Position numbers and translations under genes: made by a program. A stretch of DNA of 64,000 nucleotides from Chloroflexota bacterium. GTDB taxonomy: Bacteria > Chloroflexota > Dehalococcoidia > Lucifugimonadales > JADFKI01. Location: NCBI GenBank assembly GCA_027623195.1, contig JAQBUT010000011.1, positions 1 to 64,000 on the forward strand. Reading direction: 5' to 3'. The notes under the pieces were generated by a model that saw only the letters and a program-made list of their open reading frames with translations, was not told the DNA's origin and did not search any database. Every line of letters starts with the position of its first letter. The first letter of the stretch is position 1. Positions 9,606-22,019 of this stretch are shown here, piece by piece.

Positions 9606-10754
9606 TTAAATACTTTGGCGTTCTTCCATAGGTACGTACGGTACGTCCATCTCACCTACATATTGTAGCCTGGGCCGAAGCAGAATGTTATTTTCGAACT
9701 GCTCCACAACCTGAACCGTCCAGCCCGGTATGCGACCCATCGCGAAAATAGAGATGAACAGGTCGTCCGGTATTCCTAGCAGGTAGTAAATGGCACCTGA
9801 GAAGAAGTCCACGTTTTGGCAGATACCTCGCCTGGAATACGGCTCCATACTCTTGGTCACCGACTCCAATATGGAGAACCATTTGGGCTGGCCCTTGCGC
9901 TCACCCAACTCTTTGGCGTCATCCTTCAGGTGGAAGGACCGCGGGTCGGTGGCTCGGTATACCCGATGGCCAAAGCCCATAACGCGCCCGCCGCCGCTGA
10001 GCAGATCTCGAACGTACTCTTCGGCCTTGTCTTCCTCACCGATATCCAAGGCCATCTTCATGACCTCTTCGGCCGCGCCGCCGTGCGATGGGCCTTTAAG
10101 GACACCGATGCCTGTGGTGACTGCGCAATGCAGGTCCGCTTGCGTGGAGGCCGCAACCCTTGCTCCGAACGAGGAGGCGTTTATGCCGTGCTCGGCGTGC
10201 AAGATGAAGTCTTTGTCAATCAGGTGGGCATCTCGTGGGTCCGGCTCTTCTCCGAAAAGCATATACAGGAAGTTGGCCGCCTGATTCATGGTAGTGCTTG
10301 GCGCGATAGGCTCTTTGCCATCGCGTATGCGGGCATGGGCCGCCACGATGGTCGGAGCCATTGCCGTTAGACGAATACCCTTACGAATTGTCGCTTCAAT
10401 GGAATTGTCTTCCGTCTCGGGATCGAAAGCTGAAAGCGCAGATACAGAAGTCCGCAGCACATCCATAGGATGCGAGTCTTTTACGATTTCGATGACCGAA
10501 AAGATATCCTCGGGGAGAGCCCTGTTGGCCTTCAATTCCAATTCAAAGGCATCCAACTGGCTCTGAGTGGGAAGTGCCGCGTACATGAGGAGGTATATTG
10601 TCTCCTCGAACGTGGACTTCTGAGCCAAGTCGTCAATGTTATAGCCCCTGTAAAGGAGCTTTCCGATCTTGCCGTCTATGAAGCTGGACTTGGTTCGATC
10701 TATGTATACATCTCGAAGGCCTCTTTTGATCTCGACCTTCTGTTCAGACGCCAT
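9606..10754 (-). CDS. gltA: Citrate synthase / 2-methylcitrate synthase
   Basis: LLYRGY, HAEHGINAS, GPSHGGA, MGFGHRVY, NVDFFSG; start moved to ATG 10754 (SD GGAGG). Confidence 0.93.
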   Translation of the reverse strand: MASEQKVEIKRGLRDVYIDRTKSSFIDGKIGKLLYRGYNIDDLAQKSTFEETIYLLMYAALPTQSQLDAFELELKANRALPEDIFSVIEIVKDSHPMDVLRTSVSALSAFDPETEDNSIEATIRKGIRLTAMAPTIVAAHARIRDGKEPIAPSTTMNQAANFLYMLFGEEPDPRDAHLIDKDFILHAEHGINASSFGARVAASTQADLHCAVTTGIGVLKGPSHGGAAEEVMKMALDIGEEDKAEEYVRDLLSGGGRVMGFGHRVYRATDPRSFHLKDDAKELGERKGQPKWFSILESVTKSMEPYSRRGICQNVDFFSGAIYYLLGIPDDLFISIFAMGRIPGWTVQVVEQFENNILLRPRLQYVGEMDVPYVPMEERQSI

Positions 10755-10839
10755 ACCAAATCCTCCAGGGCAAATATTTTGTTTGACTGTTATTAAATTG
10801 GTCGTCCTCGTGGGTGCCATCGCCCGCGAGAGCATGCCA

Positions 10840-10868
10840 ATTTTAGCATTACGCCTATATGCTGTCAA
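10840..10868 (-). promoter_or_regulatory. sigma70 promoter of citrate synthase
   Basis: Minus strand TTGACA-17 nt-TAAAAT with extended TG. Confidence 0.65.
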
Positions 10869-11014
10869 GAAACGAATAAAGGCATAAAAACTCCCTTGGA
10901 GCAGCTTATTACCACGTGCAAGGATCCCAACTGTTCGGTGCTGATGTGAATGATTTCTAGTTCAAAAGGTAGGTGTTACCTTGATGGCAATCTAAACCTC
11001 TGCTACGATTTAAG

Positions 11015-11032
11015 TAGTGATTACATTCACAA
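11015..11032. promoter_or_regulatory. Rex operator upstream of rex
   Basis: TAGTGAT-TACA-TTCACAA vs consensus TTGTGAA-N4-TTCACAA; lies between two sigma70-like promoters. Confidence 0.65.
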
Positions 11033-11171
11033 AGTTATTGACGAACTATTTGAGTAATTATAGAATATTGGCGTTCGGATGTGATAATGCGCAGGGTGCG
11101 TAGGAACCCTTATTTAGTTCGGTGAATTCGCACCTTGAGAACCGATCAATGCTGTATCCCTAGGAATGTGC

Positions 11172-11792
11172 ATGGACTCATTTTCAGTCCCAGAAGTAGT
11201 GGTGCTTCGGCTCCCTCTTTACGTTAGGGCGCTCAGCCAACTGAGGGACGGTGGGACTGATGTGGTCAGTTCACAACAGCTTGGCAGCCTTCTGCAGATG
11301 ACGCCTGCGCAGATTCGAAAGGACCTCAGCTACTTTGGGAGGTTTGGCAAGCAGGGACGCGGCTATAACGTGCGGTTCCTTTTGCACGAGTTGCGGGAGA
11401 TCCTGGGACTCGACCGCGAGTGGAGGGCCTGCCTCATAGGGGTGGGTCGTCTGGGCCACGCCATCATCAACTACCCCGGATTCTCTCCTGAAGGCTTCAA
11501 GATAGTTGCGGCCTTCGATGGCGACTCCGATCAGGTCGGCACCTCCATCGGCGGATTCAAGGTGCGACCCATGGAAGACCTCGCCGAGGTTGTCAACGAG
11601 ATGAAAATCTCCATTGGCATTGTTGCCGTTCCGGCTTCTCAGGCGCAGGAAGTCATCGAGAAGCTAATCGAAAACAAGGTAAAGGGTATCCTGAATTATG
11701 CCCCTGTTGCGCCTCAGGTCCCGATGAACACAGTTATTCGGAACATTGATCCCGTGCTATCCCTTCAATCCATGACCTTTTACCTGAGGTAG
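11172..11792 (+). CDS. rex: Redox-sensing transcriptional repressor Rex
   Basis: RLPLY, wHTH AQIRKDLSYFGRFGKQGRGY, GVGRLG dinucleotide fold, ILNYAP; start 11166 or 11172. Confidence 0.97.
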   Translation: MDSFSVPEVVVLRLPLYVRALSQLRDGGTDVVSSQQLGSLLQMTPAQIRKDLSYFGRFGKQGRGYNVRFLLHELREILGLDREWRACLIGVGRLGHAIINYPGFSPEGFKIVAAFDGDSDQVGTSIGGFKVRPMEDLAEVVNEMKISIGIVAVPASQAQEVIEKLIENKVKGILNYAPVAPQVPMNTVIRNIDPVLSLQSMTFYLR

Positions 11793-11945
11793 CCTTCCTC
11801 GGTTCTGGTATTCCAATGAAGTGGGTCTAGGCATTCCGACCATTGAAGCCTAATTGACCATTCTCCTCCGTTGATGGCGATTTGGAGCGACATTTAACGT
11901 GCGGCCTTGTGCAAAATTGCATCAAGGACAATATGGCAACAATAT

Positions 11946-11980
11946 AAAAAGACCGGTGATTCTTGTTCACCGGTCTTTTT
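11946..11980. terminator. Bidirectional terminator between rex and atpC
   Basis: AAAAAGACCGGTGA-loop-TCACCGGTCTTTTT. Confidence 0.85.
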
Positions 11981-12009
11981 ATTTGGATTCGGTTTTTTCC
12001 GAAGGGAGT

Positions 12010-12459
12010 CTACTGTGTAGGCGGTTGTTGCGTCGGGCGCTCTCCCCGCTGCTGCCTCCGTCGTCGCGTGACGACCCCGATCCGGGCCTGAGATCGCTTG
12101 AGCGAGGCCATCGCTCTCTGCAGATCCATTTCTGAAACGGCAGACGAAATGCGCTCCTGAGCCCTCTTGAAGGCGGCCTCTGCTCGCTCGGCGTCGATAT
12201 CCTCAACGCGTTCGGCCGTGTCCGCCAGTATGGTGACTGTGTTGGACATGACCTCAATGAAGCCCCCGCTTACGGTCATGTAGGTCTCTTTGCCGTCCTT
12301 GCTGACTCGAATTTCTCCGGGCTGCAAAACCGTAAGAAGCGGCGCGTGTCGCGGCAAAATGCCCAGCTCACCTTCGATGCCTGGCGCAACCAAGACATCT
12401 ACATCCTCAGAGTAGACCAGCCGCTCTGCGGTTACTATTTCCAGTTTCATTGGGGCCAT
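12010..12459 (-). CDS. atpC: ATP synthase F1 epsilon subunit
   Basis: LEIVTAER, GELGILPRHAPL, VSGGFIEV. Confidence 0.96.
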   Translation of the reverse strand: MAPMKLEIVTAERLVYSEDVDVLVAPGIEGELGILPRHAPLLTVLQPGEIRVSKDGKETYMTVSGGFIEVMSNTVTILADTAERVEDIDAERAEAAFKRAQERISSAVSEMDLQRAMASLKRSQARIGVVTRRRRQQRGERPTQQPPTQ

Positions 12460-12492
12460 TGGTTAGTCCTCAGCAGACTTTGAATTATCGGG

Positions 12493-14782
<2,290 letters not shown>

Positions 14783-14797
14783 CGATGCTAGAACCTA

Positions 14798-16309
14798 TTA
14801 GTAAGGCACATTGGCCTTGAATTCCGTAATGGCTGCGTTCAGGGATTCGGCAGTTTCGTCGGAAACGTCTCCCGAGTCGGCTATGGTGCCGAGCAGGTCT
14901 CTATGACTTGAAACCATGTAGCTGTGGAAGCCAGCCTCAAACGCGGCGATTCTTGGAATCTCCACGTCGTCCAGATGGCCGTTGATGAGAGCGAACAGAA
15001 TCCCTACTTGCTGCTCCACAGGCAATGGCGAGTTCTGCCCTTGCTTCAAGATCTCGGTTGCTCTCTGACCGCGCTCCAGCTGCTGTCTTGTGGATGCGTC
15101 CAGATCGGCGGTACCGAACTGAGCGAAGGTTACAAGCTCTCGGTACTGGGCCAGGTCCAACCGAAGCCGTCCCGCGACCCCTCTGACTGCCCTGGTCTGA
15201 GCGGCACTGCCCACGCGCGAAACTGAGAGACCTGCATTCACAGCGGGCCTGATTCCGGCGTTGAACAGCTCGGGCTCCAGGTATATCTGACCGTCGGTAA
15301 TGGAGATGACGTTGGTGGGCACGTATGCCGACACGTCGCCGGCGAGGGTCTCAATGATAGGCAATGCAGTGACCGAACCGCCGCCGTGGGCCTCGTCTAG
15401 CTTTGCCGCGCGCTCAAGCAGGCGGCTGTGGAGGTAGAAGACGTCACCAGGGTACGCTTCACGTCCCGGAGGGCGTCTTAGCAGGAGGGACATCTGTCTA
15501 TATGCCCACGCATGCTTGGAAAGATCGTCATAAATGATTAGGGCATCCTTGCCCTGCCACATGAATTCCTCGGCCATGGCGCAACCCGCGTAAGGGGCGA
15601 GGTATTGCATTGGGGCCGGGTCTGATGAGTTGGCGGCCACTATGATGGTATGTTCCAGTGCGCCGTGCTCTTCAAGGAGGCCTAGCACCTGTGCCACCTT
15701 GCTGGCCTTCTGGCCAATGGCAACGTAGATGCAGACCAGATCGCCGCCCTTCTGGTTGATGATTGTGTCAATTGCGATGGCGGTCTTGCCCGTGGAACGG
15801 TCCCCGATGATGAGCTCACGCTGTCCTCGGCCTACCGGGATCATGGCGTCGATGGCCTTGATACCCGTCTGTACAGGCCTGTTAACCGAGCTGCGGATTG
15901 CCACGTTAGGCGCGACGACTTCAACCTCACGGGTGCTGGTGGTGTTAATTGGCCCCTTGCCGTCTATCGGCTGTCCCAGGGCATCTACGACGCGGCCCAT
16001 AAGAGCCTCGCCAACGGGAACCACCACAACTCGCCCGGTACTTCGGACCTCGGTGCCCTCCTTAATCCCTAGAGGTTCACCCATGATGACCGCGCCGACG
16101 CTGTCTTCTTCAAGGTTCAGCGCCATTCCCATGATGCCTCCCTCGAACGACAGCAGTTCGCCGTACGCTACACCTGAAAGCCCATGGATCTGCGCAATGC
16201 CGTCACCGACTGCGATTACGGTGCCCACGTCTACCATTTCAAGCTCTTGACCGAACCCTTCGATCTGACGCTTGATTACCGACGCAATGTCTTGTCCTCT
16301 GACTGCCAT
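14798..16309 (-). CDS. atpA: ATP synthase F1 alpha subunit
   Basis: [29 protein letters not shown]. Confidence 0.98.
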   Translation of the reverse strand: MAVRGQDIASVIKRQIEGFGQELEMVDVGTVIAVGDGIAQIHGLSGVAYGELLSFEGGIMGMALNLEEDSVGAVIMGEPLGIKEGTEVRSTGRVVVVPVGEALMGRVVDALGQPIDGKGPINTTSTREVEVVAPNVAIRSSVNRPVQTGIKAIDAMIPVGRGQRELIIGDRSTGKTAIAIDTIINQKGGDLVCIYVAIGQKASKVAQVLGLLEEHGALEHTIIVAANSSDPAPMQYLAPYAGCAMAEEFMWQGKDALIIYDDLSKHAWAYRQMSLLLRRPPGREAYPGDVFYLHSRLLERAAKLDEAHGGGSVTALPIIETLAGDVSAYVPTNVISITDGQIYLEPELFNAGIRPAVNAGLSVSRVGSAAQTRAVRGVAGRLRLDLAQYRELVTFAQFGTADLDASTRQQLERGQRATEILKQGQNSPLPVEQQVGILFALINGHLDDVEIPRIAAFEAGFHSYMVSSHRDLLGTIADSGDVSDETAESLNAAITEFKANVPY

Positions 16310-16343
16310 TCCAGCCTCCGTGGATTTTACGGTTTTACTATCT

Positions 16344-16883
16344 TTAGGCTTGCTGTACTAACTCTCGGCGGAGACCCTCCAGCTTAGTGCGGGTGCTGCC
16401 GTCGATGACCCTGTCGCCGACTCGAGCCACGATTCCGCCAAGTATCTGAGGATCGATGCGGACCGTGAGGACGATCTCTTTGCCTACTATCCCTTTAAGC
16501 ATGTTCCCTACCGAGGACTGTTGCTCGTCCGTCAGTGGTACCGCCGATATGACCTCGGCGCGTTCAATGCCGCGATGGGCATCCAGCATTTCCTGATACG
16601 CCTCTGCTATGGCCGGCAACAAATGTACGGAGTTGCGACTGGCAAGAAGCGTCATCAGGTTACGGGTCAGCGGATTTATGGAGCCGCCAACAGTCTCGTC
16701 AATCAGACCGCTTTTCTGACTAACCGTAACTTGCGGCGCGTCTAGAATCTCAGAAAACTCCTGGCTTTCCATGGCGCCTGCAAGGTAGCCCAGGTCGTCA
16801 GACCACGTTTCGAACTCGTCCTTCTCCAGGGCTAGCTCAAATGCGGCTTGGGCATATCTACGTGCTGAAGCACCCTTTGGCAT
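16344..16883 (-). CDS. atpH: ATP synthase delta subunit
   Basis: [24 protein letters not shown]; start placed at MPKG (ATG 16883). Confidence 0.93.
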   Translation of the reverse strand: MPKGASARRYAQAAFELALEKDEFETWSDDLGYLAGAMESQEFSEILDAPQVTVSQKSGLIDETVGGSINPLTRNLMTLLASRNSVHLLPAIAEAYQEMLDAHRGIERAEVISAVPLTDEQQSSVGNMLKGIVGKEIVLTVRIDPQILGGIVARVGDRVIDGSTRTKLEGLRRELVQQA

Positions 16884-16967
16884 AGAAGTTCTCTTTTCGT
16901 GAATTTGGTGGCGACGGCCCCGACCGTTAAGAGGCCGTCGATTCGCTAACACATGAGTAGTGTCAGA

Positions 16968-17471
16968 CTAGTTTCGGCCCGCCCGTGAGTTGCCCTCTTC
17001 GAGCACTCGGTTGATGATGTCCTGATGTGTCGGTGCGTCAAGTGACCTTTCGATCACCCTTTCAGCCGCCATGATAGCCATCCCAGCGAACTCGCGGCGC
17101 AAGTCTTCAATCGCCGCGTCGCGCTCGCGCTGGATGTTCGCGGTCGCCCTGGTCCGCTCGCCTTCGATATCCTGGCGGGCCTTGGCCAGCTCCTCTTCAC
17201 GGAACCTGTCGGCAACCTCTCTGGCCTGGGCAATAAGCTGCTGGCCTTCGGTGCGGGCCGCCTCGATTTGCCCCTGCATTGCTTCCTGCTGCGAAGTGGC
17301 TTCCTGGCGCACGCGATCCGCCGTCTCCAGGCTCTCCTGAATTCGGTTGGCACGCTGCTCCAGCATTCCCAATATGGGCCTATACAGCAGCTTGTAAAGT
17401 ATCGCAAAGAGTATTACGAAGCTGACAATCTGAGTAATTAGGCCGACTAAATTGATTCCTAAGGCTCCCAT
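16968..17471 (-). CDS. atpF: ATP synthase Fo b subunit
   Basis: N-terminal TM (LGIN..QIVSF), long coiled coil, operon position. Confidence 0.95.
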   Translation of the reverse strand: MGALGINLVGLITQIVSFVILFAILYKLLYRPILGMLEQRANRIQESLETADRVRQEATSQQEAMQGQIEAARTEGQQLIAQAREVADRFREEELAKARQDIEGERTRATANIQRERDAAIEDLRREFAGMAIMAAERVIERSLDAPTHQDIINRVLEEGNSRAGRN

Positions 17472-17539
17472 GCCTTCTCCTCTAAATAGTCTGGATATGT
17501 GAGTTGGCTAAATCCCTTATACCAGGGATGGAGCCGTCA

Positions 17540-17770
<231 letters not shown>

Positions 17771-17843
17771 TTACTCCTCATTTAAGGTTGTGTTGATTTA
17801 TCTAGCAGCCGCTCTCTCTTCGGGGGGCCGCCAATTAACAGAC

Positions 17844-18914
17844 TTAGTGATGATCCTCGCCGCCATGGCTGGTCGTCGCCATGACTGCGAATACCAGGGT
17901 GAGCATCGCGAAGATGAACGCTTGGATGACCCCGACGAAAAGCTCCAGCCCCAGGAAAGGAATGATTCCGATCAGGGGAAGCAGGAACGCCATGGCAACC
18001 AGCAAGACCTCGCCCGCGAAGATGTTGCCGAATAGTCGGAAGGTAAAGCTGATTATCCTGGCAAGCTCGCTGATGGCTTCTAGTATACCTACGAAGAACC
18101 CAATAGGTCCTTCCTTAAAGTTAATGAACTTCCCTATATGCCCAAGGAACCCCAGCGTGGAGAAGCCCCAGAAGTGCACCATAACCATTGCCACCAGGGC
18201 GATGGCCAGGGTTGTGTTTACATCGGTGTTTGCGCTACGCAGGAACGGTATCAAAAGACCGGCTGTCTTACCATCGCCTGCGCCCTGGTCGTGTTCAAAC
18301 TGCTCGGCCGTGATCTGCTGATCCAACGACCCAGGAGCCAAATAAACGAACCCGCCATCGCCCTCAAACACATGAAGGTTGATCTCCTCCAGGTTCGCAT
18401 GGCCGCCGTCATCTTCGGCGAGCTCTTCCTGGTGATGGATAACCTCTTCGGCAGGCTCTATCCAGCCTATCGTGCCATACCCCGGCAGGATGCCCATCCA
18501 GTTGGAGATCATGATGTACAGGAAGATAGTCATAACCAAGGGGAAGAAGCGACGCGCCCGCTCTTTGCCGGCGATGCTTTCCGCCAGGTTCAGGAAGAAC
18601 TCGATGAAGACCTCGAGCAGATTTTGCATTCCGCGAGGGACTTCGCTTAAGTTTCGGGTGGCCAGATAGGAGATGACTGCAAGTACGATGATTGACAGCC
18701 ATGCCGTAACCATCGTGTTCATAAGGGTAAAGCCAGGGAAGAGTTCGCCCGGTAGGAAGGGTTCTGCCGGAATTTGAATAGATGCGATTGGTGTGCTTAG
18801 GAAGCCGAATCCGAAGGCATTACCAAGCGCCCCGCCGGCAAGACTTGTGAGAAAAACGATGCCCGTAATTATCAATATGGCGAGCACCTTGGGATTCCCC
18901 AGGAGTCCTGACAC
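17844..18914 (-). CDS. atpB: ATP synthase Fo a subunit with large extramembrane insertion
   Basis: PRGMQN, SNWMG, SFTFRLFGNIFAGE, QAFIF. Confidence 0.96.
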   Translation of the reverse strand: MSGLLGNPKVLAILIITGIVFLTSLAGGALGNAFGFGFLSTPIASIQIPAEPFLPGELFPGFTLMNTMVTAWLSIIVLAVISYLATRNLSEVPRGMQNLLEVFIEFFLNLAESIAGKERARRFFPLVMTIFLYIMISNWMGILPGYGTIGWIEPAEEVIHHQEELAEDDGGHANLEEINLHVFEGDGGFVYLAPGSLDQQITAEQFEHDQGAGDGKTAGLLIPFLRSANTDVNTTLAIALVAMVMVHFWGFSTLGFLGHIGKFINFKEGPIGFFVGILEAISELARIISFTFRLFGNIFAGEVLLVAMAFLLPLIGIIPFLGLELFVGVIQAFIFAMLTLVFAVMATTSHGGEDHH

Positions 18915-18942
18915 TATCTTTTACCTTCCTGTAGCAAAGATT

Positions 18943-19188
18943 TCATTTCGCGGTACCAGTAGGCTCATCTGGTCCCGAGTTGTCGGAGAGTACAGCCATG
19001 AGCATTCTGAACATGCCGAGTACGGCTACTGCGATTCCGACAGCCAGACCGAGGAGTGTAAGCAATGGGCCAGTGTCGAATTGTTTATCCAACCATAGCC
19101 CTCCAAAGCCGCCCCCGCCAATGCATATTCCAACGTACCAACCAATGCCTATAAGCTGGAGTACGGTGGCCATTTTACTGGCGTTCAT
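18943..19188 (-). CDS. AtpZ/AtpI family membrane protein
   Basis: Two TM helices with GLWLDKQFDT.P loop; first gene of the atp operon. Confidence 0.85.
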   Translation of the reverse strand: MNASKMATVLQLIGIGWYVGICIGGGGFGGLWLDKQFDTGPLLTLLGLAVGIAVAVLGMFRMLMAVLSDNSGPDEPTGTAK

Positions 19189-19207
19189 AGGGCCCCTCCA
19201 CGAAAGC

Positions 19208-19243
19208 TTGTGTAGTATATCACAATCATTTTCAGAGGGTCAA
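19208..19243 (-). promoter_or_regulatory. atp operon promoter overlapped by a Rex operator
   Basis: Minus strand TTGACC (19243-19238)-18 nt-TATACT (19219-19214); palindrome TTGTG-TAGTATAT-CACAA at 19208-19225. Confidence 0.7.
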
Positions 19244-19264
19244 TTCTCAAATTAAGTGTCCAAT

Positions 19265-19298
19265 AAAAAGTGCGCCCCGTCGGTAATGACGGGGCGCA
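19265..19298 (-). terminator. Intrinsic terminator after the DUF151 gene
   Basis: GTGCGCCCCGTC-loop-GACGGGGCGCAC with an A-run on +. Confidence 0.8.
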
Positions 19299-19352
19299 CG
19301 ATATTTTTCGTATGCTTATATTAACCCGGGTGGGCCGGTGTTATTGCTGAGA

Positions 19353-19898
19353 CTAGGTGTTCTCTCCCTGCCCTAGGTCTTCCAGGTCCAAGGTTCCAAT
19401 GAAGTCCTGGAACGCAGACAGGCTCTTCAACTCCTCTTCACGCAGGGGTCGCTCCTCACCGTTCTCGCCCTCCTCAATGATGGGCTTGCCGGTCTCCATG
19501 TCCATTTGCACGCCAGCCTTCTCCACCACGCTGTCGTCCGCGAATATGGGAGCCTGCGTTCGCACTGCCAGCGCAATTGCATCGCTGGGGCGCGAGTCTA
19601 TCTCAAGCTTGTCGCCATTGTGCTGAATAACGATCTTGGCGAAGAAAGTGTCGTTGCTCAGGTCCGATACGATAATGTGGTCGACCGTTGCGCCAAGCGT
19701 GTTAATGATTGATCGAAGCAGGTCGTGAGTTAGCGGCCTTGGCACGGAAACATCCTGCAGCTTGAGAGCTATAGCGTCCGCCTCCGATGGCCCTATCCAA
19801 ATGGGAAGGTACTTGTCCGAGTCTTTGACTCGGAGAATTACCACCCTCTGGTAGTTCATGAGGCTTACTCTTATGCTGTCAATGACTAGTTCCAGCAT
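19353..19898 (-). CDS. Bifunctional nuclease family protein (DUF151)
   Basis: LPIWIG..EA, PRPLTHDL, DSRPSDAIALA; start ATG 19898 with SD GGAGGAG. Confidence 0.92.
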   Translation of the reverse strand: MLELVIDSIRVSLMNYQRVVILRVKDSDKYLPIWIGPSEADAIALKLQDVSVPRPLTHDLLRSIINTLGATVDHIIVSDLSNDTFFAKIVIQHNGDKLEIDSRPSDAIALAVRTQAPIFADDSVVEKAGVQMDMETGKPIIEEGENGEERPLREEELKSLSAFQDFIGTLDLEDLGQGENT

Positions 19899-20122
19899 TG
19901 ACTCACTCCTCCTTGGGACTCCGGGCTCAATGCCATCGGGACCCTCTGGGAAACGCAATTTCATTTTAGGTAGTGGTAAATACGGTGTCAACGGGATTGA
20001 CGGCAGTCAGGCTCTATTATTGAGCAGTTTCGGTAGAAGCCTCTGTTTCCGAATCACCAGTCTGTTAACCGTTAAATAACCGTTTACCCCACAAATCACG
20101 CATAAACATATACGGCGTGGGG

Positions 20123-20329
20123 TCAAACTTGCGGAGGTGATTTCCAGGGAGAGCCTTTGATCCTTTTTGCCAGGTCCGACCTCGGCATTATCACCTTACG
20201 GTCGCAGCCCTGGCAGCGTATTCCGATATCGGCGCCAACCCGCACCACCTGCCATTCGTAAGCCCCGCAAGGGTGTACCTTCTTTAGCCGTACGGAGTCG
20301 CCTATCTCTACCTCTAATTTTATGGCCAC
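20123..20329 (-). CDS. DUF951 family protein
   Basis: LKKVHPCG..W...RVGADIGIRCQGC. Confidence 0.88.
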   Translation of the reverse strand: MAIKLEVEIGDSVRLKKVHPCGAYEWQVVRVGADIGIRCQGCDRKVIMPRSDLAKRIKGSPWKSPPQV

Positions 20330-21156
20330 TTCATGCCCTCCAGCTTCAGAATACGATTGATGTTGTCACGCAGATTCTGAGCAACAGACCGAGCGGCCTG
20401 GGCAAAGTCGTCTTTATCCGACGAAGCGTAAAGGACACTTCTGGAGGAGTTGATGATGATGTTGGGATATTCGGAATCCATGCCGAATTTTACAGAGTTC
20501 TCCAGGTCGCCCCCTTGCGCGCCGATAGCCGGAATAAGCACTGGCATTCCAGGGCAACGCTCCCTGACAACGCTGAGCTGATCGGGGTAGGTCGCTCCAA
20601 CTACCAGGCAGACGTTTCCGTGGGTGTTCCATTCCCTGGACCGCTCGGCCATCCACTCGTAGAACCTTGGCTCCTGGCCGTCGGCGCTTACTCGCAGGTC
20701 TTGGAACTCTTGGGATCCGGGATTGGAAGACCTGCACCAGACGAATACGCCTTTGTCCTCGTATTTGAAAAATGGCTCCAGGGACTCGCCGCCTGCGAAG
20801 GCGTTCACAGTGATGGCGTCGAACCCCCACACATCGAAAAGAGCCTTGGCGTAGGCAGCGTTGGTGGAAGCGATGTCCCCACGTTTGGCGTCGCCAAGTA
20901 TAATCACCTCAGGGGCTACTTCCCTTATATAGTCAATGGTCTTACGAAGCGCCTCCAGGCCGGGCATGCCCAGGGCTTCGTAAAATGCCAGGTTGGGTTT
21001 GTACGTGCAGACCAGGTCCTTAGTAGCGTCGATTATACCCTTATTGAAGTCGATAATTTCCACGGGCATGCGCTCGGGGTCCGGGTCCAGCCCAATGCTG
21101 ACCAGACTACCGGTGGCGTTGCAGGCGTCGCTCAAGCGTTGTAGGAATGGATTCAA
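20320..21156 (-). CDS. pyrF: Orotidine-5'-phosphate decarboxylase (subfamily 2)
   Basis: GLDP, YKPNLAFYE, DAKRGDI, SNPGS, VVGAT, GAQGG, NSSRSV. Confidence 0.95.
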   Translation of the reverse strand: MNPFLQRLSDACNATGSLVSIGLDPDPERMPVEIIDFNKGIIDATKDLVCTYKPNLAFYEALGMPGLEALRKTIDYIREVAPEVIILGDAKRGDIASTNAAYAKALFDVWGFDAITVNAFAGGESLEPFFKYEDKGVFVWCRSSNPGSQEFQDLRVSADGQEPRFYEWMAERSREWNTHGNVCLVVGATYPDQLSVVRERCPGMPVLIPAIGAQGGDLENSVKFGMDSEYPNIIINSSRSVLYASSDKDDFAQAARSVAQNLRDNINRILKLEGMKWP

Positions 21157-21314
21157 GGCTGGGCTCCCCCTCTGGCAAAGGCCATTGGCCCTTGGAACTG
21201 TAGATTCAGTTTAGTCGGCCCATGCGCCCGGGGCAAGGCGATATTTTTGGATTTACATCTCTTATTATTGGTGGGGATTTTCGCCTTAAAAGTTTTCATG
21301 TAGGCTGAACTAAA

Positions 21315-22019
21315 GTGTTATTGCCGAGAAATCTTAAAAAAGCGACTTTCGTTGAAAGACTGAATCGTTTTGCCATGCTAGCCGATGTTGACGGCCAACA
21401 AGTCCTCTGTCATGTGGCCAACTCCGGCAGGTTACGGGAGTTGCTTTCCCCTGATAATACTCTCTGGCTTACCCCTGCCCCAGAAGGTGCTGACCGCAAA
21501 ACAACTCATGACTTGCGGTTGGTGGGCATTGGTGGCGTGCTGGTTTCCGGCGACGCTCGACTGCCAAACCATCTGCTGCGTGAGGCCATAGAAAGCGGTA
21601 GGCTTCCAGAATTTGGCGGGTTCGACGAGGTGCGAAGCGAGGTAACCTATGGCGATAGTCGCCTGGACCTGGTGTTGACGGGCAAGGATGCCTCCTGTCT
21701 TGTGGAGGCGAAATCGGTGACGCTGGTGGAAAACAGGGTGGCGCTGTTCCCGGATGCGCCGACAAGCCGGGGCAGAAAGCATGTTTTGAATCTGTGCAAT
21801 GCTGTCGGGGAAGGCTATCGGGGTGCCGTGGTTTTCGTCGTTCAGAGGCCAGACGCCGATTCTCTGGAACCTAACGTGACTTCCGATCCTAAGCTTTACG
21901 ACGCGCTGTTGGAGGCAGAGGCCGTCGGCGTGGAGATTTACGCCTACACGTGCCGCGTGAGTCTGGAAGAAATTTCCATAACCGACCGCATTCCCGTGAG
22001 GCTGCACGATCTTGGATGA
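21315..22019 (+). CDS. sfsA: DNA/RNA nuclease SfsA
   Basis: RLNRF, HVANSGRL, SRLD, VEAKSVTL, FPDAPTSRGRKH. Confidence 0.93.
   Translation: MLLPRNLKKATFVERLNRFAMLADVDGQQVLCHVANSGRLRELLSPDNTLWLTPAPEGADRKTTHDLRLVGIGGVLVSGDARLPNHLLREAIESGRLPEFGGFDEVRSEVTYGDSRLDLVLTGKDASCLVEAKSVTLVENRVALFPDAPTSRGRKHVLNLCNAVGEGYRGAVVFVVQRPDADSLEPNVTSDPKLYDALLEAEAVGVEIYAYTCRVSLEEISITDRIPVRLHDLG

Noticed and set aside
11906..11924. Rex-like palindrome TTGTGCAAAATTGCATCAA
   Set aside because: Spacing is off by one and it lies between convergent gene ends with no promoter to control
20167..21144. Long antisense ORFs (325 aa here; also 45952-46737, 26592-27218 and others)
   Set aside because: Shadow frames of well-supported genes in GC-rich DNA, with no motifs
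21157..21240. PyrR-binding attenuator upstream of pyrF
   Set aside because: Only a weak CCAGAG resemblance and no terminator
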